This document shows positions 10,227-19,924 of a DNA stretch of 64,000 nucleotides, piece by piece. The DNA comes from an uncultured Holophagales bacterium (GTDB lineage: Bacteria > Acidobacteriota > Thermoanaerobaculia > Multivoradales > UBA5704), in contig CAWJGT010000009.1 in assembly GCA_963842525.1 (NCBI GenBank), forward strand, positions 736,001 through 800,000, given 5' to 3'. Numbering within the stretch: the first letter of the stretch is position 1; each line of letters starts with the position of its first letter. The notes beneath the pieces were generated by a model. It worked only from the letters and a program-made list of their open reading frames with translations, was not told the origin of the DNA and did not search any database. Both the position numbers and the translations under genes were made by a program.

Positions 10227-11690
10227 ATGGACAACGACATGAGGAACAGTGGGCTGCGGAGCCGGCGGGGGTGGGGTCTGATCCTGGGCGTGGCTCTGAT
10301 CTCAGCGGTTGCGGCGGCCGGCGCGACGGCTCTCCTGGTCAACATCTTCGAGCACAAGCAGGAGGCCCGGAACCCCTTCTACCGGGTGGTGGAGATCGAC
10401 GACCAGACTGAAGACCCGGCGGTCTGGGGCAAGAACTTCCCCATGCAGTACGACCTCTACAAGAAGACGGTGGACCAGGTACGCACGCGTTACGGCGGCA
10501 GCGAGGCCATGCCACGCACGCCCGACGAGGTGGATCCCCGTTCAATCGTCGCCCAGTCCCGTCTCGAGGAGGACCCGCGCCTGAAGACGATGTGGGCGGG
10601 CTATGCCTTCGCCGTCGACTTCCGCGAGGAGCGCGGCCACGCCTTCATGCTGGAGGACCAGACCTTCACGCAACGCCAGGTGGTCAAGCAGCAGCCCGGC
10701 ACCTGCATGCACTGCCACGCCTCGGTCTATCTGCCCTACAAGAAGCTGGGCAACGGCGACCTCATCGCCGGCTTCGAGAAGATGAACCGGATGCCCTACC
10801 AGGAAGCCCGCAAGCTCGTCGATCACCCGGTGGCCTGCATCGACTGCCACGATCCCGAGACCATGCAGCTCCGCGTCGCCCGGCCGGGCTTCATCGAGGG
10901 GATCCGCACCCTCAAGGCTTCTCAGGGGATGCAGGGCTTCGACGTCAACACCATGGCCACCCGCCAGGAGATGCGGGCCTATGTCTGCGGCCAGTGTCAT
11001 GTCGAGTATTACTTCAAGGGTCCGGAGAAGCGGTTGACCTACCCCTGGCACAACGGCCTCCGGGTGGACGACATCCTGGCGCATTACGACACGGAACAGT
11101 TCAAGGACTGGGAGCACGCCGAGACCGGCGCGCCGGTGCTCAAGGCGCAGCATCCCGAGTTCGAGATGTGGAGCCAGGGCATCCATGCACGCTCGGGAGT
11201 GGCCTGCGCCGATTGCCATATGCCCTACACACGGGTGGGGGCGTTGAAGATCAGCGACCACCACGTGCGCAGCCCTGTGCTCAATATCAACAACGCCTGC
11301 CAGACCTGCCACAAATGGCCCGAGGAGGAGCTCAAGGCGCGGATCCAGACCATCCAGGACCGCACCTTTGCTATGCGCAACCGGGCCATGGACGCCCTCG
11401 TGGCGCTGATCAACGACATCAAGATCGCCCGGCAGGCCGAGGCGTCCCCGGACCAGCTCGCCCGCGCCCGGGACTTCCAGCGCAAGGCCCAGTTCTATCT
11501 CGACTTCATCGAGGCGGAGAACTCCATGGGCTTCCACGCCGACCAGGAGGCGGTGCGGATCCTCGCCCAGTCGATCGACTACGCCCGCCAGGGGCAGATG
11601 GCGGTACGCGGAGTGCCGGGCCTGCCGACGGTGCAGGCCAACCCGGCGCCGCCCCAGACCGCCGCAGGCGGCCCCCACCCGCCGGGGTAG
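10227..11690 (+). CDS. nrfA: Ammonia-forming cytochrome c nitrite reductase
   Basis: 5 heme motifs, ERGH, CGQCHVEYYF, KAQHPEFE, AENSMGFH. Confidence 0.95.
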   Translation: MDNDMRNSGLRSRRGWGLILGVALISAVAAAGATALLVNIFEHKQEARNPFYRVVEIDDQTEDPAVWGKNFPMQYDLYKKTVDQVRTRYGGSEAMPRTPDEVDPRSIVAQSRLEEDPRLKTMWAGYAFAVDFREERGHAFMLEDQTFTQRQVVKQQPGTCMHCHASVYLPYKKLGNGDLIAGFEKMNRMPYQEARKLVDHPVACIDCHDPETMQLRVARPGFIEGIRTLKASQGMQGFDVNTMATRQEMRAYVCGQCHVEYYFKGPEKRLTYPWHNGLRVDDILAHYDTEQFKDWEHAETGAPVLKAQHPEFEMWSQGIHARSGVACADCHMPYTRVGALKISDHHVRSPVLNINNACQTCHKWPEEELKARIQTIQDRTFAMRNRAMDALVALINDIKIARQAEASPDQLARARDFQRKAQFYLDFIEAENSMGFHADQEAVRILAQSIDYARQGQMAVRGVPGLPTVQANPAPPQTAAGGPHPPG

Positions 11691-11766
11691 CCGGCAGCGC
11701 CATCCCATTGCGTGCCGCGCCTTACCTCAAGGGGTATCCCGCGCCGGACGCCGCTGTGGGAAAAAG
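11673..11766 (+). promoter_or_regulatory. Duplicated ~90-bp regulatory block, copy 2
   Basis: Matches 8978-9070; CACCC-GCCG-GGGTA (11676) and TACCT-CAAG-GGGTA (11723). Confidence 0.75.
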
Positions 11767-11791
11767 GGTCTGACAAAAGGAGGCAACGATC

Positions 11792-12802
11792 ATGACCAAA
11801 TCCTTGAAGACCCTCGTCATCGGCACTTCCCTCGGCGACAACAGCGACGGCATCGTGCGGACCGGCGTCGCACTCGCTCGCGCCACCGGCGCTTCCCCAT
11901 GGCTCATCCACGTCTATACCCCGCTCCTCGGCATGACCGGCGCAGGCGTGGACGCCCTCTGGATGCAGGAGCAAGTGAAGAGCCTCAGAGATCTGATCAA
12001 TGAGCAGGCCCAGAGGACCGGGCTGTCCGAGCTCGCCGGCTTCTCCCCCGACCAGGTCCTTCTGATGCTCGGCACGCCGCACCGGGAGATCGTGAATCTC
12101 GCTCGGCGCGTTAAAGCCGACCTCATCGTCGTGGGCGCCGTGGAGTCCACCCATGTGCTCCTGGGCTCGACCGCCGACCGGGTGATCCGGAAGGCACCCT
12201 GTCCGGTGCTCGCCGTCCGTTCCGAGGCCACGTTTCCACCCTACCGTGTGGAGATCCCGGTCGACCTCTCGCCGATCTCGGCACACGCGCTCCGCAAGGG
12301 CGTGGACCTCCTGGGCCAGATCGGGGTTCCGCTCACCGAGGCGGAGGCCCTCTTCGTCCTCAATCCGTTCGAGGTTGCGGGCTCGCTCACCTTCAAACCC
12401 GAGCAGATCGAGCGCTTCGCCGGCGAGGAGCTGCACCGCTTCGTGGCGGAGAACACCGACAAACGGAGCCGCCCGCGGCTGACGCAGGTACGCACCGGTT
12501 ATCCGCGGCAGGAGATCCTCGCCACGTTCGCAGAGCGGAACACGGACCTCGCCGTGCTCGGCACCCACGGGCGCAGCGGCTTCGAACGCCTCATGCTCGG
12601 CAGCGTCACCTCCGGAGTGCTGCAGAGCGCGAGCTGCAACCTGCTCGTCATCCCACCGGAGACAAGCCGGCAGGATGGCGCTGCAACGGAGGATCGAGAA
12701 ACCCGGACGAGCGCCGACTGGAGCTATGTCTCTGACGAGGCTCCCGCCGTTACGGCGAAGGCCTCTTCATCACCCGTGGTGGGTGAATACTGGTTTGGGT
12801 AG
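11792..12802 (+). CDS. Universal stress protein, tandem Usp domains
   Basis: ADLIVVG...LLGSTADRVIRKAPCPVL; DLAVLGTHGRSGFERLMLGSV. Confidence 0.92.
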   Translation: MTKSLKTLVIGTSLGDNSDGIVRTGVALARATGASPWLIHVYTPLLGMTGAGVDALWMQEQVKSLRDLINEQAQRTGLSELAGFSPDQVLLMLGTPHREIVNLARRVKADLIVVGAVESTHVLLGSTADRVIRKAPCPVLAVRSEATFPPYRVEIPVDLSPISAHALRKGVDLLGQIGVPLTEAEALFVLNPFEVAGSLTFKPEQIERFAGEELHRFVAENTDKRSRPRLTQVRTGYPRQEILATFAERNTDLAVLGTHGRSGFERLMLGSVTSGVLQSASCNLLVIPPETSRQDGAATEDRETRTSADWSYVSDEAPAVTAKASSSPVVGEYWFG

Positions 12803-12815
12803 AACGGAGGAAGCC

Positions 12816-13868
12816 ATGAGCATTCAGAACAGCCTTTCCCCTTTGGTCCGCTCGCACCGCCCGCTGCGCACCGTGCTGATCGGCACCTCGCTCGGAGACG
12901 AGAGCGACCAGGTTGTGCGCGCAGGGCTCGCCGTCGCTCGTGCGGCGGGCGCCCGGGTCTTCATCGCGCACGCGGCCCAGCACGAGTCCCCGGTCCTTGG
13001 TTATGAGGTCGGGGCAGGAGCCGACCTCGATCGCGAGCAGATCACCCGCTGCAACGCGGAGCTGCGCCAGCAGATCGCAAGGCTCGGCATCGACGAGCTC
13101 GCGCTTGCCGGGTCCGAGGTTCGGGCGGGAGCCCCCTACCGGATCCTTACCGAGACAGCGCAGCGCATCGGCGCCGACCTGATCGTGGTCGGCGCCACCG
13201 GGTCCGGGCCGCTCGCCGCCGAGCTGCTGGGATCGACCGCGGAGCGGGTCCTGCGCAAGGCTCCCTGCCCTGTCCTGGTCGTGCGTGACGAGCTGCGGGT
13301 GCCGCCGCGCCGCGTCCTGGCTCCGGTCGACCTTTCGACGCTCTCGGGTGACGCCTTCCGCTGCGGCCTGCACCTCCTCTCGCAGCTCGCGGGCAGCGAG
13401 GAGATCCAGGTACAGGCGGTCTACGCCCTCAGCTTCCTCGACGCCGTCGCGGCCCGGCAGCGGACCGGGGGAATACCCCTCGAGCAGATCGAGCCTTCCG
13501 CCGCCAGGGAGCTGCGGCGCTTCGTCCTGGAGAACCGGCCAGAGGCGCCCTTCCACGTCGAGACCGCGATCCTACCTGGCGAAGCCCGCTTCGAGATCCT
13601 CCGCGAGCTCGACGAGCACCCGGCCGACCTCGTGATCGTGGGCACCCACGGGCGCGGCGGGCTGGACCGGCTGGTGCTGGGCAGCGTGGCCTCGACGGTC
13701 GCCCGTAAGGCCCCCTGCAGCGTGCTCATGATCTCGCCGGAAGCCGCTCTCGAAGAGGGCATCGCCGACGCGGTCATCACCCAGACGGAGCCCGCCTGGC
13801 ATCACGAACTGGCAGCCGCTCCGACGCGCGTCATGGATGTGAGAGAACAGCTACAGTTGGCGAGATGA
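12816..13868 (+). CDS. Universal stress protein, tandem Usp domains (paralog)
   Basis: RBS ggagga; LLGSTAERVLRKAPCPVL; GTHGRGGLDRLVLGSV. Confidence 0.92.
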   Translation: MSIQNSLSPLVRSHRPLRTVLIGTSLGDESDQVVRAGLAVARAAGARVFIAHAAQHESPVLGYEVGAGADLDREQITRCNAELRQQIARLGIDELALAGSEVRAGAPYRILTETAQRIGADLIVVGATGSGPLAAELLGSTAERVLRKAPCPVLVVRDELRVPPRRVLAPVDLSTLSGDAFRCGLHLLSQLAGSEEIQVQAVYALSFLDAVAARQRTGGIPLEQIEPSAARELRRFVLENRPEAPFHVETAILPGEARFEILRELDEHPADLVIVGTHGRGGLDRLVLGSVASTVARKAPCSVLMISPEAALEEGIADAVITQTEPAWHHELAAAPTRVMDVREQLQLAR

Positions 13869-16210
13869 GCACGCCTTTCTCATCCCCGAAGCCAGGCCGG
13901 CTTCTCGCGGTGATCGCGCTGTCCGGCATCCTCGCAGGAGGCCTGGCCTGGCTCGCCGGGGCCACCAGTGCCGCCGCGGTCCTTTGGGCCCTCACGACCG
14001 CCGTGGTCCTCGCTCCGCTGGCGCTCACCGTCATCGCCGACCTGCGGCGCGGCGAGCTCGGGGTGGACCTCATCGCCCTGCTGGCGATGGTGGGCTCGCT
14101 CGCGCTCGGGGAGCACCTGGCTGGTGCCGTGATCGCTCTGATGCTCTCCGGCGGTCAGGCGCTCGAGGCATTTGCCGGTGCCCGCGCCCGTCGCGAGCTT
14201 GCCGCCCTGGCGGCACGCGCGCCGCGGGAAGTGCACCGCTACGAGGACGGGCGCCTCACGTCTCCGCCGCTCGACGAGGTCCGCCCCGGCGACCTGCTGC
14301 TGGTCAAGCCGGGGGAAGTCGTGCCAGTCGACGGCCTGGTCGAGGACGAGGCCGCCGTGCTCGACGAATCGGCGCTGACCGGCGAGTCCAAGCCGGTCGA
14401 GCGTGCCCCCGGCGACCTGGCGCGTAGCGGCACGGTCAACGGCGGCGGCCCCTTCAAGATGCGCGCGGTGGCCACCGCGGCCGAGAGCACCTACGCCGGC
14501 ATCGTCCGCCTGGTGCAGGAGGCGGAGGCTTCCAAGGCCCCGTTCGTCCGCCTGGCCGACCGCTATGCCCTGTTCTTCCTGCCGCTGACCCTGGCGATGG
14601 CAGGGATCGCCTGGGCGCTCTCGGGAGACCCGGTGCGCGCCCTGGCCGTGCTGGTGGTCGCGACCCCCTGCCCGCTGATCCTGGCCGCGCCGGTCGCCCT
14701 CCTCGCCGGCGTGTCGCGCTCCGCCAAGCGCGGTGTGATCGTCAAGGGAGGCGCGGCCCTTGAGGCCCTGGCCCAGGCGCGCGTCCTGCTGCTCGACAAG
14801 ACCGGTACGATCACGACCGGGATGCCGGCGCTCTCCGGCCTCGAGACCTTCGGTGCGGAGACCGCCGAGGAGGTCCTGCGGCTGGCCGCCTCCCTGGACC
14901 AGGTCTCGCAGCACGTCCTGGCCGCCGCCGTGGTGCGGGCAGCGCGCGACCGCGGCCTCTCCCTCTCCTTGCCCACGGGAGTGACGGAGCGGCCGGGCTG
15001 GGGCATCCAAGGAGAGGTCAACGGCCGCCGGGTGGCCCTGGGCAAGCTCGCCTGGATCGATCCGGGCGGGCCCCTTCCCGCAGGCGTGCGGCGGGTGCGA
15101 AGGCGGACCGCTCTCGATGGCTCCTCGAGCATCTTCCTGGGAATCGACGGAGCAGTCGCCGGCGCCCTGATCCTGCACGATCCGGTGCGGCCCGACAGCC
15201 CGCAGGCCCTGCGCTCCCTGCGCCGGGCTGGGATCGGACGGGTGGTGCTGGTCACCGGCGACCACCCGGAAGTGGCCGAGATGGTGGGGGCCGGGATCGG
15301 CGCCGACCTGGTCCTGGCGGAGCGCTCGCCGGAGGAGAAGGTCGCGGCCGTGCTCGCCGAGCGTTCCCGGGGACCCACCATGATGGTGGGCGACGGGGTC
15401 AACGATGCGCCGGCCCTGGCGGCGGCCGACGTGGGGGTCGCCATGGGAGCGCGCGGCGCCACGGCATCGGCAGAGGCCGCCGACGTGGTGGTCACCGTCG
15501 ACCGCTTGGACCGCCTCGGCGAGGCGCTCGCCGTCGCCCGCCGCTCGCGTGCCATCGCCGTGCAGAGCGTCGTCGCCGGCATGGGGCTGTCGCTCGTGGC
15601 CATGGTGGCCGCCGCCGCCGGCTATTTGCCGCCGGTTGCCGGCGCCCTGCTCCAGGAGGTGATCGACGTCGCGGTCATCCTCAACGCCCTGCGCGCCCTG
15701 AGCGGCGGACGCCGGCACCCGCAGCCCGAAGGAGAGGGGCTCAGCCGGCAATACCGGGCCGAGCACAGGATGCTGCTCCCCGACGTGGATCGCCTCCGTG
15801 CGGTCGCCGACCGCCTGGACGAGCTGCCGGCCCGCGGGGCGAAGCACGAGTTGGCAGACCTCCGGCGCTTCCTGGAAGAGCGGCTGCTGCCGCACGAGCA
15901 GACCGAGGACGCCACCGTCTATCCGCTCGTCGCCCGCGCCATCGGCGGCGAGGACCCGACCGCCGCAATGAGCCGCGCCCACCTGGAGATCGCCCACCTC
16001 GTCCGCCTCTTCGGGCGCCTGCTCGACGAGCTTCCGGTGGACGATTTCACCTCGCTCGTGCCCGACGATCTGCGCGACCTGCGGCGGATCCTCTATGGCC
16101 TGCACGCCATCCTGCGGCTCCACTTCGCCCAGGAAGAGGAGCAATACCTGCCGCTTCTCGAAGACGGCGCCGCCCAGGACAGACCGCTCCACAGGACCAC
16201 GCACGCATGA
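13865..16210 (+). CDS. P1B-type (P1B-5-like) heavy-metal ATPase with C-terminal hemerythrin domain
   Basis: LTGES, TPCP, DKTGT, GDGVNDAP, QEVID; C-terminal EH...HEQTED...H...HFAQEE. Confidence 0.92.
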   Translation: MSTPFSSPKPGRLLAVIALSGILAGGLAWLAGATSAAAVLWALTTAVVLAPLALTVIADLRRGELGVDLIALLAMVGSLALGEHLAGAVIALMLSGGQALEAFAGARARRELAALAARAPREVHRYEDGRLTSPPLDEVRPGDLLLVKPGEVVPVDGLVEDEAAVLDESALTGESKPVERAPGDLARSGTVNGGGPFKMRAVATAAESTYAGIVRLVQEAEASKAPFVRLADRYALFFLPLTLAMAGIAWALSGDPVRALAVLVVATPCPLILAAPVALLAGVSRSAKRGVIVKGGAALEALAQARVLLLDKTGTITTGMPALSGLETFGAETAEEVLRLAASLDQVSQHVLAAAVVRAARDRGLSLSLPTGVTERPGWGIQGEVNGRRVALGKLAWIDPGGPLPAGVRRVRRRTALDGSSSIFLGIDGAVAGALILHDPVRPDSPQALRSLRRAGIGRVVLVTGDHPEVAEMVGAGIGADLVLAERSPEEKVAAVLAERSRGPTMMVGDGVNDAPALAAADVGVAMGARGATASAEAADVVVTVDRLDRLGEALAVARRSRAIAVQSVVAGMGLSLVAMVAAAAGYLPPVAGALLQEVIDVAVILNALRALSGGRRHPQPEGEGLSRQYRAEHRMLLPDVDRLRAVADRLDELPARGAKHELADLRRFLEERLLPHEQTEDATVYPLVARAIGGEDPTAAMSRAHLEIAHLVRLFGRLLDELPVDDFTSLVPDDLRDLRRILYGLHAILRLHFAQEEEQYLPLLEDGAAQDRPLHRTTHA

Positions 16211-17529
16211 GCCTCGATCCACAGCAGGCCTGGCAGGTCCGCTATGCCGCCAAGATCGCCAGCGCCGAGCAGGCGGTGCGGCTGATCCCGCCCCGGAAGC
16301 GCATCCTCATCGGCTCAGGGGCCGCGGAGCCGGGCGGGCTCGTCGAGGCCATGGTCACCCACGGCACGCACCTCGCGGGCAACGAGGTGGTCCACCTGAT
16401 GACCCTGGGCTCGGCCCCCTACATCCAGCCCGGGCTCGAAAGCCGGTTCCGCCACACCGCATTCTTCATCGGCGCCAACGTCCGGCCGGCGGTGCAGGAA
16501 GGGCGGGCCGACTTCATGCCGGTCTTCCTCTCGGAGATCCCGCAGCTCATCACCTCGGGCCGCGTGCACATCGGCGTCGCCCTGATCCAGGTCAGCCCGC
16601 CTGACCGGCTCGGCTTTGTCAGCCTGGGCGTGTCGGTCGACATCGTGCGCGCCGCCGTGGACACGGCCGACCTGATTCTTGCCGAGGTCAACCCGAACAT
16701 GCCGCGCACCCTCGGCGACTCCTTCCTCCACGTCGACCGCATCGCGCAGCTCGTACCCGTGGACGTGCCGCTGCCGGAGCTCACCCCGCAGCCGCTCGAC
16801 GAGGTGTTCCGCGAGATTGGCCGTAACGTCGCTTCGCTCATCCAGGACGGCGCCATGCTCCAAATGGGGATCGGCAAGATCCCCGACGCCACCCTCGCTG
16901 CCCTGACCGACCGGAGCGACCTGGGGGTCCACACCGAGATGCTCTCCGACGGGGTCATGCACCTCGCCGAAGCGGGCATCCTCACCGGCCGGCGAAAAAC
17001 CTTTCTGCCCGGCAAGATCGTGACCTCTTTCGTCATGGGGACGCGCCGCCTCTACGAGTGGGTGCACGACAACCCGCAGATCGAGATGCGGCCGAGCGGC
17101 TTCACCAATGACCCGTTCCAGATTGCAAGGAACGACCAGATGGTGGCGATCAACTCGGCGCTCGCGGTCGACCTCACGGGCCAGGTGGCCGCGGACACGG
17201 TGCGGGGCCGCTTCTTCTCCGGCATCGGCGGCCAAGTCGACTTCATCCGCGGCGCCGCGCGCAGCCGCGGCGGCCGGCCGGTCATCGCGCTGCCGGCCAC
17301 GGCCAAGGGGGGGACCGTCAGCCGCATCCAGGCCACCTTCGAAGAAGGCACGGGCGTGGTGACGAGCCGGGGCGACATCCACTACGTCGTCACCGAGTAC
17401 GGCATCGCCGACCTCTGGGGCAAGAACATCCGCCAGCGCACCGAAGCGCTGATCGGCATCGCCCACCCCACATTCCGCGCCGAGCTGCTCGCCGCAGCCC
17501 GGGGGCGGTGCTATCTGTTTCCGGGGTGA
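16207..17529 (+). CDS. Acetyl-CoA hydrolase / 4-hydroxybutyrate CoA-transferase family
   Basis: LQMGIGKIP, DLGVHTEM, SGIGGQVDF, VVTEYGIA, IAHPTFR. Confidence 0.92.
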   Translation: MSLDPQQAWQVRYAAKIASAEQAVRLIPPRKRILIGSGAAEPGGLVEAMVTHGTHLAGNEVVHLMTLGSAPYIQPGLESRFRHTAFFIGANVRPAVQEGRADFMPVFLSEIPQLITSGRVHIGVALIQVSPPDRLGFVSLGVSVDIVRAAVDTADLILAEVNPNMPRTLGDSFLHVDRIAQLVPVDVPLPELTPQPLDEVFREIGRNVASLIQDGAMLQMGIGKIPDATLAALTDRSDLGVHTEMLSDGVMHLAEAGILTGRRKTFLPGKIVTSFVMGTRRLYEWVHDNPQIEMRPSGFTNDPFQIARNDQMVAINSALAVDLTGQVAADTVRGRFFSGIGGQVDFIRGAARSRGGRPVIALPATAKGGTVSRIQATFEEGTGVVTSRGDIHYVVTEYGIADLWGKNIRQRTEALIGIAHPTFRAELLAAARGRCYLFPG

Positions 17530-17713
17530 GCGTCTCGGAGGCCACCACCCAGCCGGGTAGTGTCGCCGCCGCCCCGCGCCCACCCTCCCGCGCGCACCTT
17601 CCAACCCCCGGAGATGTCGTCCCCGGCGGCTGCCCGCGGGCAAGATGGACCTGGTCGCGGGACACCCCTTCACGGCTGCTCCCGGCGCCCAACTTCATGA
17701 GGAGGTGACATCC

Positions 17714-18106
17714 ATGAACGAGCTTCGAGTCCGTGACCTCATGACCCCGAACGTCGTCACCGTCCGGCCCGACGACAGTGTTGCCATGGCCTACGAGCTC
17801 ATGCTTGACCATCGGTTCCGTCACCTGGTCGTCCTCGATCACGACGGCGACCTGGTCGGCCTGCTCACCCACCGGGACCTCCTGCGCCACTCGCTGATCG
17901 AGCGCGCAGGGCTGGTGCTGAGCTACCAGAACGATGTTATGCACCGGATCCGGGTCGAGGAGGTGATGACCTCGGAGGTGGAGACCGCCGAGCCCACGCA
18001 GTGGCTCCAGGACGCGGCGCTGGTCATGTTCGTCAGCGGCCGGCCCCGGCGGTCAGGGCGGCGGCCGGCCTCGGAGCCGTGTCATGAATGGGTTATCCTC
18101 GGATAG
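17714..18106 (+). pseudogene. CBS-pair protein truncated in the second CBS domain
   Basis: VRDLMTPNVV...FRHLVV...GLLTHRDLL...VEEVMT; similarity stops after ALVMF (~18030). Confidence 0.6.
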
Positions 18107-18289
18107 TGGGTCGTCCTGCTGACCGCCGATCGTCTTCGACCGTTCGTGCGCAAGTACGACTAGGCGGGTCTGACAAGCCTTGAGCCATCAGTTCGATCGC
18201 TTCTCGGCCTGCTCCCGGAAACCGGGTGAGCGCAGGCCCCCGCGCATGTCCCGAGTGCCAGCCACGATTTCACCGATCCGCTGGACTCC

Positions 18290-18400
18290 TGGAGTAGCAA
18301 CTCGCCGGGCGTCACAGGCTCGAGCTTTTCCAAGATCTCTCCCGCTCCTTCAGTGACAGTTCGCGATCTCGACGTCTTCGGCACCCCGGATCAACGATAA
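18290..18400 (-). pseudogene. Remnant of a higBA toxin-antitoxin junction
   Basis: GAEDVEIANCH* (cf. HigB end AxDVEIVDYH) followed by EKLEPVTPGELL (cf. HigA start PxHPGEIL). Confidence 0.5.
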
Positions 18401-18413
18401 AAGAGCCCGGCTC

Positions 18414-19280
18414 ATGACCACATTGCTCGTCGGCTTCGATTCCGCGTGGACCCGCACCCACAGCGGGGCGCTCGTCGGAGCGCTGCAACTGGAAGACGGG
18501 ACCTTGCGCGAGTTGGGACCACCCCAAACCGGCGATTTCAACCAGGCGGAGCGTGTGATCCTGGAGTGGCAGGCGGAGCACCTGCCAACAGCGACCATCG
18601 TCCTGCTCGACGAGCCGACCATCGTAAAGAATGCCGAACGCCAACGGCCGGTTGACAACCTGGTCTGTTCATCCGTCAGCCTCCGCTATGGTGGGATGCA
18701 GCCGGCCAATCTTGGCAGGGAGGAGATGTTTGGCAAGGAGGCACCGGTGTGGTCGTTCCTGGATCAGTTCGGCGGCGCCGCGGATCCCCTCAATCCAGTG
18801 GGGAGTACGTGGGTCCTTGAGACCTATCCGGTGTTGATGTTGATCGCGCTGGGCTGGCTGCTGCCGGATACCCGCCCCTCGGGTCGGCTGCCCAACTACA
18901 ACCCGCAGCGAAGGAAGACCTTCCTGCCCCAGGACTGGCAGTACCTCTGCTCGCAGGCATCCGCAGCGTTTCGCGAGCGCGACCTCCCCGAGACTGCGGG
19001 GTGGATCGACGGCTCAGGCAGGAACACTTCGCCCCGCAAGAGCGATCAGGACTGCCTGGATGCCTGCTTCTGTCTGCTGGTTGCGTTGGATCTGGCCCAG
19101 GGAAAGGACTGCCTGATGGTCGGTGAGACGAACACCGGCTACATCGTGGTGCCGTATGGCGCCGGGCTTCGTAGGGAACTCGAGACCCGCTGCAAACAGA
19201 CGGGCCGATTGCCAGCGGATTGGGTGCGGGCGTTCCGCTTAAGATTGAGCCTGCCGTACATCGACTCGATCGATCCGTAG
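18414..19280 (+). CDS. DUF429-family predicted RNase H-like nuclease
   Basis: LVGFDSAW, LDEP, QRPVD, ETYP, DQDCLDA. Confidence 0.75.
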   Translation: MTTLLVGFDSAWTRTHSGALVGALQLEDGTLRELGPPQTGDFNQAERVILEWQAEHLPTATIVLLDEPTIVKNAERQRPVDNLVCSSVSLRYGGMQPANLGREEMFGKEAPVWSFLDQFGGAADPLNPVGSTWVLETYPVLMLIALGWLLPDTRPSGRLPNYNPQRRKTFLPQDWQYLCSQASAAFRERDLPETAGWIDGSGRNTSPRKSDQDCLDACFCLLVALDLAQGKDCLMVGETNTGYIVVPYGAGLRRELETRCKQTGRLPADWVRAFRLRLSLPYIDSIDP

Positions 19281-19322
19281 ATCCGTAGCCGTGTCATCAA
19301 CCTGACTTGAGCGTGTGGCCAC

Positions 19323-19709
19323 CTATCGCTGCCGCAATCGGTAGAAGACCCAGGGCGCGATCAGAACCCAGAGGGGCACAAGGACCCACAGGCGCCCGGC
19401 GAGTAGGTTGTAATCCTGCAGGAGCCTGCTCCAGGAAAGGCCGGACACGTAGTGCCCGAAGAGAAACTCGAACGCGAGCGTGAGCCCGAGCCACATCAGG
19501 CCTACGGCGAAGGCGGCGCCCGGCGAGGAGGGAGGCCAGATGCGGACGACGATCCAGATATAGACGGCGAACAGCAGGATCAGCAGGACCGTGGAGATCT
19601 GATGCGCCCGCAACTCGCCGGCGTGCTTGCGAATCCAGCGTTCCCGCAACGCGCCATTGGCGAAAGCGATCCCCACCATCGGAAACCACAGCAGAAGGTA
19701 TTTCCACAT
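19323..19709 (-). CDS. Hypothetical membrane protein
   Basis: 128 aa, about 4 TM; IAFANGALRE, AHQIST, FEFLFGHY, DYNLLAGRLW. Confidence 0.8.
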   Translation of the reverse strand: MWKYLLLWFPMVGIAFANGALRERWIRKHAGELRAHQISTVLLILLFAVYIWIVVRIWPPSSPGAAFAVGLMWLGLTLAFEFLFGHYVSGLSWSRLLQDYNLLAGRLWVLVPLWVLIAPWVFYRLRQR

Positions 19710-19711
19710 CG

Positions 19712-19924
19712 TCAGCTCCCTCGCGGGACGGCCGGATAGGTCACGATCGAAAACAGATAAAGCACCACGCCCGCTGCCACCAGCACGCCTCCCAGGAGCA
19801 GGAAGGCGAGGAATGCCGTGGGATGCGACCAGAACAGGGTGGCCGCCTCGATCAGCAGGCCGAGCCCCACCAGCAGGCCGGCGAGCTTCAGGCGGCGCGC
19901 GAGGCGCGGATCGGTGCCGGTCAT
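19712..19924 (-). CDS. Small 2-TM membrane protein
   Basis: MTGTDPRLARRLKLAG...; ATGA overlap with the NapC-like gene. Confidence 0.7.
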   Translation of the reverse strand: MTGTDPRLARRLKLAGLLVGLGLLIEAATLFWSHPTAFLAFLLLGGVLVAAGVVLYLFSIVTYPAVPRGS

